NCBI GenBank assembly: GCA_023213395.1
Contig: CM041465.1
Coordinates: 219,053,741 to 219,117,740, forward strand
Reading direction: 5' to 3'
Length of the DNA: 64,000 nt
Origin: Cycas panzhihuaensis
Taxonomy: Eukaryota; Plantae; Cycadophyta
In this document: piece after piece, positions 12,811 through 25,706 of the stretch
How the letters are laid out: the number at the start of each line of letters is the position of its first letter
Numbering within the stretch: position 1 is the stretch's first letter
Program-made: the position numbers and the translations under genes
The notes under the pieces: generated by a model
Databases searched by the model: none
What the model saw: the letters and a program-made list of their open reading frames with translations, nothing else
What the model was told of the DNA's origin: nothing

Positions 12811-15144
12811 AAAGATGGTATGTCTTAGGTGGACCTAAACTAGATATCTCTTAATCAATGGAATGTTTCTTTTTGTTTTAGATCTAAACTAGGAGATATA
12901 AAGTTTAAGAGAACCTAATTGACCACCTTTATCTAACTCCTAAGAAGGAGTCTCCACCTAATTATCCCATCTGGCAAAAATGTAAATGAATAAGGCAATG
13001 AAAGGCTAAGATATGTGGGGGTAAGTGAATCCACTAACCTACACAACTGAGGGAAGGAGTTCTAAGTTCAGAGCTACTCTTATAGTGTCTCTCGTATCCT
13101 TCCTAAGGACTACTTTCCTTCAATTCTTTTAACCTTTAGAGTTTTACTTGAATAAAGGAAAAAGGGCTAGGCAATGAAAAAGGTTTTATTTTTTGTTTGT
13201 TTCCCTTTTCTTTTAATAATAAAAAAATTGAAATAAAGGACAATCAATGAGACTATAAAATCAATCTACTTAATCTTTAAAACACAAATAAGAGAGATTA
13301 ACACATATGCAATATCCTTTTCTTTTTTTTTTATTATTTTCTTAGATGAAACACACTAAATATAGAAACATGAAGCTAATTCATTCAAATGTAACACACA
13401 TCTTTTTAATGAAAAGGAAAAACTATAATGAAATACAACTAACTTTACTTGTAATTATTCATGAATATTTCCAAGAAATCCAATAACATGCAATGTTAAT
13501 ATGGGGCTTTTTATTCTTATTACATGCTAGTATCCTTTTGGGAAATGCTTCTATAATGAAGAGAGATTTTTTAAAGAGTAACTATTACTATTTTGAATAA
13601 TTTTGGGATCATAAACAATGCATTCAACTAATTATATCAAGTCAAAATCCTCAAATATAAGCAACAAGCTAAAGGACAATGAAGTTCTATCACAATTAGA
13701 GTGTGTTGGACTCTAAAGAGATCCTCGAACCTCTTATGATTTGATTAAATCAAGTTCATATCATTCCCAAATTTAGATTTTTCATTTCAAAGAAAGAGAA
13801 TAAGCTAAAGAGCGAAATTACATAATAATAATACCAAAACTTCTTTCATGCTTAAAAAATTCTTGTCTCAAAATAGCTTCCTTTCTCTTATTTGATCAAA
13901 ATTTTCTAAACCCTTACTTTAAAATTGACAAAGAAGGAAAAGAAACAAGCACCACATGTTAAACTATAGCCACAACTAAGCTAAAAAAGGATGGAAAACC
14001 ACTTGGAATTTAGACAGCTATGGAAGAATAGGGAAGAGAAGCTATTTTATGAGTGAAGAGATGAGCATTCTTTACACTAGTCTTCTATCCTTTTATCCCT
14101 CAAAGGGTTGACCTTTCAAGTAAATTTCCAAGGTAAAATGAGAGTAAAATCACCACCAAAACCAACAGAATGAATAGATAAATTTAGAGTATAAACAATC
14201 TCTAACAAGTTAGCAAAATCACAAGAACTTTAAATAGGAAAGATCTTACTAGGAACAAAGGAGTTTTGAGGCTAAAAACTTGAGAAAAAGTGAAGAAACT
14301 TGAAGAACTAACCATCAAACTTTGAACATCAATGAGACAACAACCCAAATCATCAAAATCTCCTCTTGATTTCACCTATTTGCATCACCAAAAGTAGTAT
14401 TTCAAGTCATAGTGATAGAAATATTCAAAAAGTCTCTAAAACTCTCTAAAAAGGTCTTTAATTCTTCAACACTTAAACTTTAAAAATCTCTTTCTCAATC
14501 ACAAATAGAGTTTTCTATATTTTTGGGCATGAAATACGTAGGTTTGCATCAAATATGGGTAGTAGCATATAAGAATTTTGTGTGCTAATTAAGTTTTATA
14601 TGCATAATAGTTAAAAACTTGATTGGTCACATTTTTGGTAGGCCAAAAATATGACTTTACACTAAAAACATAGTCACAAAAAAAGTGATAAGTCAAGGAG
14701 GTTGAAAAAAATTCACTAAAACTCAAAAATTAAATTTTAATAATAATTTTAAGCATAAATGACTATTAATGAGAAAACAAGACCTAAGTATGATGAAAGT
14801 GATAAACACAAGCCAAAAAATTGATTGAAAAGACTAAATAAGGGTGAAATCAAGACAAAAAGATAAGAACATAAAATGAGAAAGGTTCTAAAAGAAGGAA
14901 TGGATTAGAATGATTATGAAAGAAAGATTTAAGTGTCATAGGTATCAGTCATTGGTAGGTGATAGTATAATCATATAACAAACATCATTCATTGTACATC
15001 ATCAATAAAATCAATATATTATTTCATCAAATCATGGCCTAACACAATATAAAACTAAACTCATCATTTATTTTCTCATGAAACCATATAAGAAATGTGT
15101 TAAGAGTTATAAGGATAAATGAGAGACCATGTTTTGATGAAACA
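12811..15144 (-). repeat. 5' LTR of element C (about 2.3 kb)
   Basis: Begins TGTTTCATC on the minus strand and ends next to the PBS. The partner LTR is outside the window, so the boundaries are inferred. Confidence 0.7.
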
Positions 15145-17919
15145 ACAAGATGGATGGAATCCATGGTATTATATTATTTTCTAAATTTAACTTAAGGTAA
15201 TACCAAATCTCCATCATCCTTAAGGATTATTATAAAATCACTTTTTTCATACACCATGGTCATTTTGAATTTTAAGTCATGCCTTTTAGCTTATATAATG
15301 ACTCAACCACATTTTAGGCTTTTATGAATAAAATATTTTCACCTTGCCTTCTAAAATTTGTCCTCATTTTTTTGATAGCATACTTGTTTATAGCTCCTAC
15401 ATGGCCTACCACCTCTAACAATTAGAAATTATCCTCCAAATTCTAACTTAATAATCACTTTATGTAAATCTATTAAAGTGTGTCTTTTGTAAATCTAAAC
15501 AATAGTATCTTAGATATATTATTTCTTCTAAAAGCATCTATGTTGACCTTAATAAAATTTCTATTATGACTACTTGGCTAATACCTAAAAATCTCACTTA
15601 GTTATGAGATTTCCTCAATATCATGGGGTTTTATAAATAATTTATTAGAAATTATGCTTCTCTTACTATCTTATTAACTAATTTTATTTGAAAAGACTCT
15701 TTTTAATGTTCCACAACTACTAATGATTCCTTTAACTATCTTAAGGAAATCATGAATTCTTGCCACCCCAAAATTTTCTCAACCCTTCCAAATTAAATGG
15801 AATGCCTCAAAATTCAACTTGGGTGCTATTATCATGCAAAACCTAATTATATTTGAAAGCCACAAACTTAAAGACCATAAATGTTAGTTGCCTATATATT
15901 AGAAGGAAATGAAACATATTTTGAATGTGGTTGATAAATGACACCAATATCTCCTTGGTTCTAAAATTTCCATTTTAATAGACCATCATAGCCTTTATAG
16001 CCTTCTCAACTAATTGGTCCTATCTAAAAGTAAGTTAAGTGGATCAATCATCTTTAGGTGTTTAATTTTACCATAAAGTACAACATGGAAAATTATAATA
16101 TTGTTATTAACACCCACTCTCATCTTTCCTTGGAACTTACTATTCATGTTATCACCTAACCCCAATCCACTTGGATGATAGAATTAATAGCTATTAACAA
16201 ATCCCAACTTAATTACACCCAATGGATAATAAAGGTCCACATATAAAAGGATTAGTCCCTACATAATAATCATATCTTATATAACAATTATATTTTTGTT
16301 CACCCTACATCCCTATTTATTCCCTGCATCCTATCTGAATATCACTCCACCCCCTTAGGAGATCATTTTGGCTTTGACAAAATATATCAGTGTCTTTAGC
16401 CTCACTTTTATTATATATAAATAAAATTAGATGTATTTGCTTTTTTCTCTAAATATGGAACATGCTAATACAATAAAATAAACATAAAGGCTCAATTAAG
16501 ACTCCTCTAACTCTTGCATATTCCTCAAGGTAAATGATAAGACATTGTAATGGATTTTATCATGGGATAATTGTCATCTATTAGGTTTAATTCTACCTTT
16601 CTATCATCAATAATCTAATATGCCCACTTTGCATAAGTTCATAACTCTTATAAGGCATCTTGCCCCATTGACTAATAAATCTAGTCTATTTTTTGTCTCC
16701 ATGAGTTCTCCTCAATAGTAATCTATGGTCAAGATCTTAAATTTACTGGTTTATTCTAGTAGGAACATTTTTGCATCTTAGGAACTTCATTTAATATAAG
16801 CTTATATTACCACACATAAATTGATGGTCAGTTAGAGGTCCTTAAGAAAATGCTAGAAACACACATATGCAATTTTGCTTCAAAATACCAAAGTAAATAA
16901 ACCTCATGTTTAGCACTTATAAAATACTAGTATAATCCATCCCATTACTTTGCTATTAGTATGTGCCTATTCATGGTCCTTTACGATTATCTCTTACCAT
17001 CTCAACATATCCTAGCAACCAACCTATGAATAATTATCATCTAATAAAAAATTTAAGATATGGATTAAATCCTTCACAATCTCAAATAGAATCTAATATT
17101 AGCCCAAAACTATATGAAACAACTCATCAACCAACATTATTTTGATTACTTATTTTTAACATGTGACTTGGTATTTCTCTAACTCCAACCTTCTAAGGAA
17201 CAATCTATTAAGAAAAGTAAAAACTATAGGCTTAACCCTAATTATTATAGCTCCTACAATGTACTCCAATAGATTAGTGAGGTTGCTTATGCCCTTGAAT
17301 TTCCACCTAACAATAAGATTCATAATGCTATTCATATTTAATACCTTAAAAAATATCTTGGCAAACCCATTGTCTCTCATACTATCCTCCTAATTCTTGA
17401 TGAAGAATAAGTCTTCACCATCCTATAATACTATATCTTATCTACCCAATAGTGCCACTTTCGTAACAAGACTATTTATGAGCATCGAGTGGAGTGGGTC
17501 AACTATGATCTAAAATATGCAACATAAGAATCAACATAATTTATTAATTAGTATTGATAACTCCTTAGCCTTGAGGGCTTACCTTCTCAAGGGAGGAGAC
17601 CTATTACATAACTAATTGTCGATAATAGGACCTGATTGCTAATACATATGACAGAAGAGCCTTATTATTAATGTTGGCCATTAAGCTTTGTGCATGGGTC
17701 CCTTATTCATGCCAACACAATTGGATGTCACTTACTCACCAATGGGATTTTATATAAGAGGCCTCCTCTATTTATGGCCCCATAAAATGTAATCAGGTCA
17801 TTATTGTATATTAAAAAATGATATAAGAGTAGATTTTGATATGTCTTTTGGTGTCATTCTAATGTCCTTTTCTATTATCTATTCTCTTCATTAATAAAAA
17901 TGAGTTAATTGCTATAATA
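15145..17919 (+). mobile_element. 3' part of a degenerate chromovirus (Ty3/Gypsy): RT-RH-INT-chromodomain-PPT-short 3' LTR
   Basis: Decayed RT (IHG..FSKFNLR..YQI...HHGHFEF*VMPF). INT zinc finger (EYHSTPLGDHFG). Chromodomain-like EHRVEWVNYD..YAT*E. PPT AAGGGAGGAGACC at about 17589-17601. LTR about 17602-17919 with decayed TG..CA ends. Confidence 0.8.
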
Positions 17920-17970
17920 ATATTTGATATTATGTCCTTTGAGCTTAGTAATTTAAATATTTGAGGTGAT

Positions 17971-18171
17971 TATTAAGACAGAATTGTCTTAGAGCTATTA
18001 AGAGAAAGGATATATAACTCTTTTACTAAGCATTTTAGCAATGTTTCACCATTCATCCAATACTAGTTTGGTATTAAGACAGAATTGTCTTAGAGCTATT
18101 AAGAGAAAGGATATATAACTCTTTTTCTAAGCATTTTAGCAATGTTTCACCATTCATCCAACACTAGTTTG
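17971..18171. repeat. 101-bp tandem duplication within the LINE
   Basis: Unit starting TATTAAGACAGAATTG at 17971 and 18072; the copies are nearly identical. Confidence 0.95.
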
Positions 18172-20170
18172 TCCACCATGATTCTAAATATAAATATATT
18201 AACCCCTTAAGAAATTAATCATCAGGCAAACAAATGATTTTATTAAAGAAAATATTCTCATTACTTCTTCAATTAAATTTGCTTATAAATTTATTTTGCC
18301 TATACTTATAACCACAACCAATATTTTAAAAATTAATTAAAGTATTAATAACTTTGTTAGACCATCTATCATGTACTAAACATTTATCTATTTGGAGATT
18401 AAACCACTAAACAAATCTTTGAGTATGGGAATTGCATAATCTCTAACTATCCATCCTTTTAAAGATGAAGCTCCTAGACTTTTCCCATAATTTCTATATG
18501 GATTAAAAAATTAAAGATATTATAAATTTAATCTTCATAGGAGTGAAATAAATATTAGTGATCCCTACATTATTATCTATTGTTTTTCCTATAGGTCGAC
18601 CACTTAAAATATTCTATCTAACCCAAAGCTTCCTAAGAGCCTCATCTTGCAAAACCTTAGTTATGTATTTAAAGGATAGAGCTTAATTATGGCTATTAAA
18701 ATTCCTTAAGTCCAAACCTCTAATTTTTTTAATAGAACAATAAAATCCCCATGAAACTTGATGAAGATTATTCCCTCCTCTCTCTTTAGCTCACAAAAAG
18801 TTATGAATAACCTTCTCTAATTTGAAAACATAAGAGTTTGTTGGGAACTAATAAGAGGTATAATATATATAAAAGGTTGAGAAGACTTGAAACTTCCAAT
18901 TAATCAACAAGATGAAGAAAATAATTAGGCCACATATTAAATTTAACTAATACCCTTTCTATAACCTACACCCATATTTGATTAAAAGAAATGCTATACC
19001 AAAATAGAATTCTAAGAAGCCTTGTAATTTGACCTTATAAAATCTATTTCAAACAAAAAAAAAATAAACGGTCTATCTCTTCCTTGTCTAAGTTATAAAT
19101 GGCCTTAGAATTAGATAAATTTAGATTAGTACTTATAGCATCATATGAAATTTATAGTGGATATGGCATCCACTACTTCAAGTAAGTTTAAATTTTGAAA
19201 GTATTTCTTCCAAATTAAATTTTATTTATATTGAATAAATGTGTTGATTTCACAAAGGTTTGAAGTGAGGCACCCCTTTTGATAAGTCATATCTTTAGAT
19301 AATTCACTTATTAATATTAACTAATTGGTTACAAGGTTTGTAACAAGTCTTTCCCCTTTTAAAATACTTTACTCTTAAAGTATAGGAAGTCTTTAGAAAC
19401 TCTATATCACCACCTCTTATTATTGGTAATATGTTTGAAGTGGCCATTTTATCCTTGTGTTCATATGTAGAAATTATTAAGTAAGAAGTGATGGGTTAGG
19501 TATTATTTCTGCTAGTTAATTCAAGGTGTAAAGAGGTTACAATGTCATTGGCTAACTGTCTCCATCAAAAGTGTATGGTCCCATAGTATAATAAATTATA
19601 AACTCGTAAAACTAGAGATCTAAATTCTTCTATAAAGTATATAATACCAACTTATAATTATGGTAAATCATGTTTTCATTTTTGTATTGTATGAGATGCT
19701 CCTAGTTTATGGTTAATAATGCCATATTTATGAGTATTTTTCTCAAGCATGCTAAGATTATGGATTTTATGAGGGAGAAAGTCCACAATGTCATCCAAAA
19801 TTTCACTTTGAATAAGAAGAGAGTCCATCTTATGATCTAAATATTTATATTATGCTTCAAGTAACACATCACATTTCTTCTAGACTTCTAGTTCTAAGGG
19901 GGTCATATTATCATTAAGTAGAGATATAGGTGAAGTAAGGTCCTCAATATACTCATCAAATATTTGTGAAAGTGGGAAATTAGCCTTTATAATTGGTATT
20001 TCATAGGATCAAATATTTACTTCAAATAGAGCCCTCTCATAAGTATTTTGATACACCTTTTCTTGATGCTCCAAAACAAAGGTTCACCAATCTAGTTCAT
20101 ATTGTAAGAAGCACCATCTCTTGGCCCATGTGTAGAGGTGACCTTATATAAAACTAGATGCAATTAAAAT

Positions 20171-20347
20171 AGATGACCTCTCTATCTTAAATTATGTTTT
20201 TCTTTTAAAATACCAAACCAATCGTAAAGACTAATAGATCTATTACTCTAAAAAATTAGATGACCTCTCTATCTTAAATCATGTTTTTCTTTCAAAATAC
20301 CAAACCAATCGTAAAGACTAATGGATCTATTACTCTAAAAAATTAGA
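20171..20347. repeat. 87-bp tandem duplication
   Basis: Unit AGATGACCTCTCTATC... at 20171 and 20258. Confidence 0.95.
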
Positions 20348-20743
20348 AGGTCACTTATAAAGATCATTTTTTATTAAAAGCAATAGATTGAAGTTTAATT
20401 TTGAATCCTTGAAATATTAGAATATTCTTTTAAACAAGAATACTCCTTGCTTAATGATTTTGTTCTATTTTTTCTATAAATGTATATATAAATACATATG
20501 ATCTTCTTTCTATATATAAATCATGAGTAAATGTACTACTAGTAACTATATAATCTATTTTTCAATTATATACTCACCCTAATATGAATGTATAATCTTC
20601 TTGTGAAATATATATATGTGCCCTAATATGAATATATAATAAGGCTCATACAGTGATGTGTATATGCATCTTAGGATCATAGATCTAATTTAGGCACAAA
20701 TAATAATAGAAAGAGATAGAAATAAAATAGATATATTATACTT

Positions 20744-20815
20744 ATCTCTCTCTTTCTCTCTCTCTCTCTATGTGTGTGTGTTTATATACACACACATACA
20801 GACATACATGCACAT

Positions 20816-20855
<40 letters not shown>

Positions 20856-20907
20856 ACACACACACATATATAATTCATGTATGTATGTATGTATATATGT
20901 ATGTATG

Positions 20908-20938
<31 letters not shown>

Positions 20939-20957
20939 ATATGTGTGTGTGTGTGTA
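20744..20957. repeat. Compound (CT)/(CA)/(TACA)/(TATG)/(TG) microsatellite
   Basis: Direct sequence. Confidence 0.95.
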
Positions 20958-23784
20958 TCTGACTTAAAAATTTTGCAGGTCTTAGTTTTATTAGTATTGC
21001 AACCATAACTGGTTGATAATGTTATGAAAAGTATTGCATAATATAAATCAAAATCAACATCTGCATACATATCCATGTCTAACTCTATGCTATTAAGATG
21101 AGGATGTTGAGATGATAAGACACTCCATGATATTGTATTTATATCAACTCAATGAATACTACTCCTAGATAATATTATGTTGGTTTCTCTGTGATGTGAG
21201 TTTTATAGAGGGGCAACTGTATTGACTTAGTTAGTAGTTGATAGACTATAGTGTAGATACTAAAGAGAAACTAGCATAGTTATGATAATGGACATGGCAA
21301 CAACAAAGGCATGGGTTTATCATTTATATGATGGTAAAATTTAATGAGATGCAAATGAATGGAGGGGATCAATAGATATTTTATTCTCTCTTTTTTTTTC
21401 CCCTTAAAGTTTCTCACAGGGAGAATTCCTAATGAAATACCACTTATAGTGGATCCGAGATCCACTACTTCAAGAAATTTTAAATTTTAAAAATATTTCT
21501 TCTAAATTAAATTTTATTTTAATTAAATAAATATTTTAATTTTACAAAGGTTCAAGGTGTATATTTATACTAATGAGGTACCCCTTCTGATAAGCCATGT
21601 CTTTAGATAATTAACTTATTAATATTAATTAATTAGTTACAAGGTTTAAAACAAAATTTCTATCCTATCAAGAGTTATTTTAACATTATCCTCATTAGCC
21701 TAAAGATAAAAAAGAATATCATTAGCAAAGAGAGAATTTATTAATTGTCTCTTAGCCCTTGGTAAAGGAATACCCCTAACCATACTAGATCCAATATCAA
21801 CTTTTAAAAGATGGACTATTGATTTAGTTATAACTAAAAATCAAGAAGCCAAAGGACTGTTTTTTGTAATTGACTTATATAGAAGGAAACCTAACAAACA
21901 TTACCATTCACTATAGTTATATCATTAACATTTCAAAATTAGGTAAAAATAATTACCCAAAATGTAGGACCAAAGCTAATTAACTCCAAAATTAAATGAA
22001 TGAATGATCACTCCACTCATTCATAGGCTTTATCAAAATCAAATAACAATACTGACATGCTTTGATTATACGTAGTTACTCTATCCAATCCTTCCTATGC
22101 TATTCTTAAGTTTTCTAGGATATATCTTCCATTTACAAGCCTTATTTACTCCTCCAAAATTATATAGGAAAGGATTATGTTGATTCATTTGGCTAACACT
22201 TTAGCCAAAATTTTAGATGAAACATTAAGTAATATTATTAGGTTTTAATTCTTCACCATTTATTTGTCCTTAACTTTTAGGTTAAGCCTTATTATACCTC
22301 TATTTAATGTTGGTATCAATTCACCTACATGATTTCTTATGACCATCACCTTAAAACCTTCTTAATAAAATCCTAGTTCTCTTTATAGACCTCCACTGTG
22401 AGACCATATGGACTTTGAGATTTATCATTTTTCATTAATTTGATTTCTTATTCGAGTTCCTCTAAAGATATATGCTATTTTAGATATTTGACCATTACAA
22501 CTAGCAATTATCTAGGAGTAGCTCTATTATAGAATTTGTCAACTTTACTTCTCTTAATAAGGCTTGCATTAGGTTTGGAAAAGTTTTAATAGAAATTGTA
22601 AACTTCACATTAGTAGTTTTTATAGTTGGGATTTCCTCCCTAGCCCATTTACTTTTAAGAAAGTTAAAAGAAAAGTTTACTAAATCTATTCCCTTCATCC
22701 AGTGGGACCTATCCCTTATTTGAGCCCCTTTATTGAATTTGCCTTACTAAATTTTAATTATAAATTATAATCTATAATCTCTTTTCTATCCCTCTAGCCA
22801 AACTAGTCAATAATCACTTAGTACTAAACCTTTTTTCCTTAAAATAAAAATGCTTTACCTACTAAAAAAATCTAAGGTAACCTGATATTCTTCTAATTAT
22901 ATCATCCCACTACTTAAGTTAGCTAGATTTTCCCTAAGGTCTTGGAACTAAATTCTAAATTCCTTTCATTTGACCCTAAAAAAAACAAAATAAAAAGTGA
23001 AACATTAAGCTTGAAGAGAGTAGAACCCCCTCTCTAGTTTTCAAATGGTAAGTCAAAGTCTAATATAATTAGAAAATGATTAGAGAGAATAACTACCTAA
23101 ACTTTAGCTAATAAACCAAATAGCTCTGTAATACATTATTATAAGTTAGTAGGGATAAGAATTTTATTAAGCCTTATAAAAATTTAATGATTCATAGTCC
23201 TTTGGTTGTACCATGTGAACCAAAGTTTCCTTGCACTAACTTCTCTTCTCCAAATAGAGCCCCTAATTAACAACTGATTTTAAAAAATGAATCTAATTCT
23301 CTTTTTTATTATCCGTTTAACCAAAGGGTAGGCCATTGTCTTGTTCTTATGACATCCTACCATAGTGAAATCTCTTCTAAAGAACCAAGGAATGGGTTCT
23401 TTATTTTCAACTAGCTAATGCCAAAGCTTGGTGATGTAACCCCAAAGGTAATATTTCCATTTTATAAAACCACACAAACTACCCTATTGTAAGGCCTACA
23501 ACCTTTATCAAGCATAAATTATTTCAAATTAATATTAATCAAGAGTGAAACTCTCCTTTTCCCATTCTTATATTCTAAGAAAATAACCCAAGCATCTCTC
23601 TATAGAAAGACTAAGGTTATTTCTAATTTAGCACTAAAGGTTTTCATTTCTTAGAGATAAATAAAATACACCTTACTCTTTCTAATGAACTGAGACCTAA
23701 ACATAGATTTATGATCCTTTAATTCTAAACTTCTAATGTTCTAAGAAAATATTCTCATTGTCTAATAGAGAAAGACTTATATAT

Positions 23785-24476
23785 TCCATTATTGAATGAG
23801 ACCGTTCTAATTACAACAATCATAGAAGATAATAAGAAATGACCTATAGATATAAGCAAAAGAAAGTTTAAAGAATGAAATAATAAGGGGCACTTGTACA
23901 CCCAAGTTGGGACTACACCTATAATTTTGATGGAAAATTTGTAAGAGATCACATAATAGTTAATATTATACTATACTATTTGAGAGATCCATATTTAGGG
24001 ATTATAGGGTAACATTTGGCTTTTCCTCCTAATAAAAAATGTGATAGACCTTAAAAGACAACTTGATCTTTCTTAACCATATATGTACTTTCATTTATTT
24101 CCCAAAATCATATTATAGGATCTTCATCTAGAGATTTAATAAGGGTTTTAGGAACCTTAAATAGTTGGCAAGTATGGAGGACCATTATCCCTTATTTTAG
24201 GCAAAGGGTTTATTGCCTCATCTTTCCTCTCAAAATTTTTAGCATTATATACTATATATCTTTCATTCTGATCCATAACTTCTTTAATGATGACATGTAC
24301 CTCATGTCTCATCTAATTTACAAATTCCCTAAAAATATCTTTTAGGTCCTCCTTTCCCACAAACTCACATTAATTCATTAGTAACCTTGGCATGTTGTTG
24401 TTGTTATTCTTATTTTCTTTTCTTTTCTTATTTCAGCTTCTAATAAATGTAAAGATCATCTAAAGCTCTAATACCA
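23785..24476 (-). mobile_element. Short internally deleted LTR-element segment (PBS-Met, about 430-bp internal, PPT, LTR-like remnant)
   Basis: PBS TGGTATTAGAGC at 24476-24465. PPT-like AGGAGGAAAAG precedes TGTTACCCTATAA at 24014. Region 23830-23876 resembles 24498-24543 of the neighbouring LTR. Confidence 0.5.
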
Positions 24477-24478
24477 CT

Positions 24479-25706
24479 TATAGTATTTTTATAAGAAAAT
24501 AGGAAGTGACCTATAAATAAAAGTAAAAGAAAGTTCAAAGAATACTATTATGATCCACCCCATATATATCACACCAAATTGATAACAAGAGTGTAAAAAT
24601 TTTATTAATGCAGTAGCACAAATTACATTCAAATTATAGGAGAGCTTAATAAACACCAAAAGAATATGTACAAGAGTACAATCTTTTTAAGAGGAAATGA
24701 TTGCATAAGTCCTTGCTTTACAATCATGAGGTCTTAAATAGACAAAAGTGGTTGTTAACTCCTTATATCCTATTGGTGGGTGATGTGTCCTTTGATCCCA
24801 TTGGTAAAGTCATACACACCTATTAATGATTGTCCTTAGCCCATACCGCCATAACCACATGGCTAATTACTTATATATTACACCTTATAGGGTTACATAA
24901 TAGGTCCCCCACCCCACGCCTTTGCCTTGAGATGTTAAGTCCTTGAAACACAAAAGATATAGATGCCATATATATATATATATATATTGATGAAGTCACC
25001 AAATTCTCATGTGGCTTCCTCAGGTGTACAGTCAAACAACTATGCTAGGTAGTCAAAAATAGTTTTATTTTAGAGATGGTAGTGGTAGGTGTTTAGAATA
25101 CATATGGGGGAAAATGTAAGGATTTCTTCTTCTTGGATAGTAGGAAGGGTCGTTTAGGGTGTGACAAACTTCCCCAAGTGTTTTTTTAGGTAAGATACAT
25201 GGAAGATGTTATGGATCTTAGTCTTAGGAGGAAGGGTTAGGGCATAGGAAATTGCACCAACTTGTTAAGTAATTTTATAAGGACCATAATATTAAGGACT
25301 TAACTTATGGGCTTTGTGATGGCATAGAGACTATTGCTTGTAAGGTTGAAGGTGAAAAATCCAAGTCACCCACTTTAAATGATCAATCAAAGTAATGGCA
25401 GTCTATAAGTTACTTCATTCAATTTTGTGTAGAGGCTAGGTTATATTTAAAGTTATGGAGAATTTTATCCATGTCCTATAATGTTTTTCGTACCCTAAGA
25501 GTGCAAAAATTGGTGGCTAATATATGGTGAGATGGCAAGGGATATTGATAAAGAGCCATGAATGGAGTCATGGCAATTATGAAGTGATGAAAAGAATTGT
25601 ATCAATATTCTGGTAAGACTAACCAAGAAGTCCAATGATATTAGTATTTCCAAGCAAAGTAACAAAGGTATGATTAAGGTTTTGTTGAGGATTTTTGATT
25701 GTCTAT
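24479..25706 (-). mobile_element. Chromovirus 3' end (INT C-terminus, chromodomain, PPT, LTR 24479-24902); host of element A
   Basis: INT motifs LNK...W..WL.L.EY*YN...MTPF.ALY and IFHVSYLKK. Chromodomain-like DYL...EEAT*E. PPT GGGGTGGGGGACC. Confidence 0.8.

Larger units (their letters stand above)
19153..21653 (-). mobile_element. Small non-autonomous LTR retroelement (TRIM/LARD-like, 2.5 kb) inserted in the LINE
   Basis: About 200-bp LTRs at 21445-21653 and 19153-19345. PBS-like TGGTAT next to the 5' LTR. PPT AAAAGGGGAAAGAC before the 3' LTR. Perfect TSD AAATT at 19148-19152 and 21654-21658. Confidence 0.85.
17930..23750 (-). mobile_element. Degenerate L1-type LINE ORF2 (endonuclease + RT), split by a small LTR element
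   Basis: RT motifs PIILLNVSSKILAKVLA, GRYILENL and DFDKAYE*VE*SFI at about 22000-22260. Endonuclease remnants at about 23000-23500. The reading resumes across 21654/19147. Confidence 0.85.
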
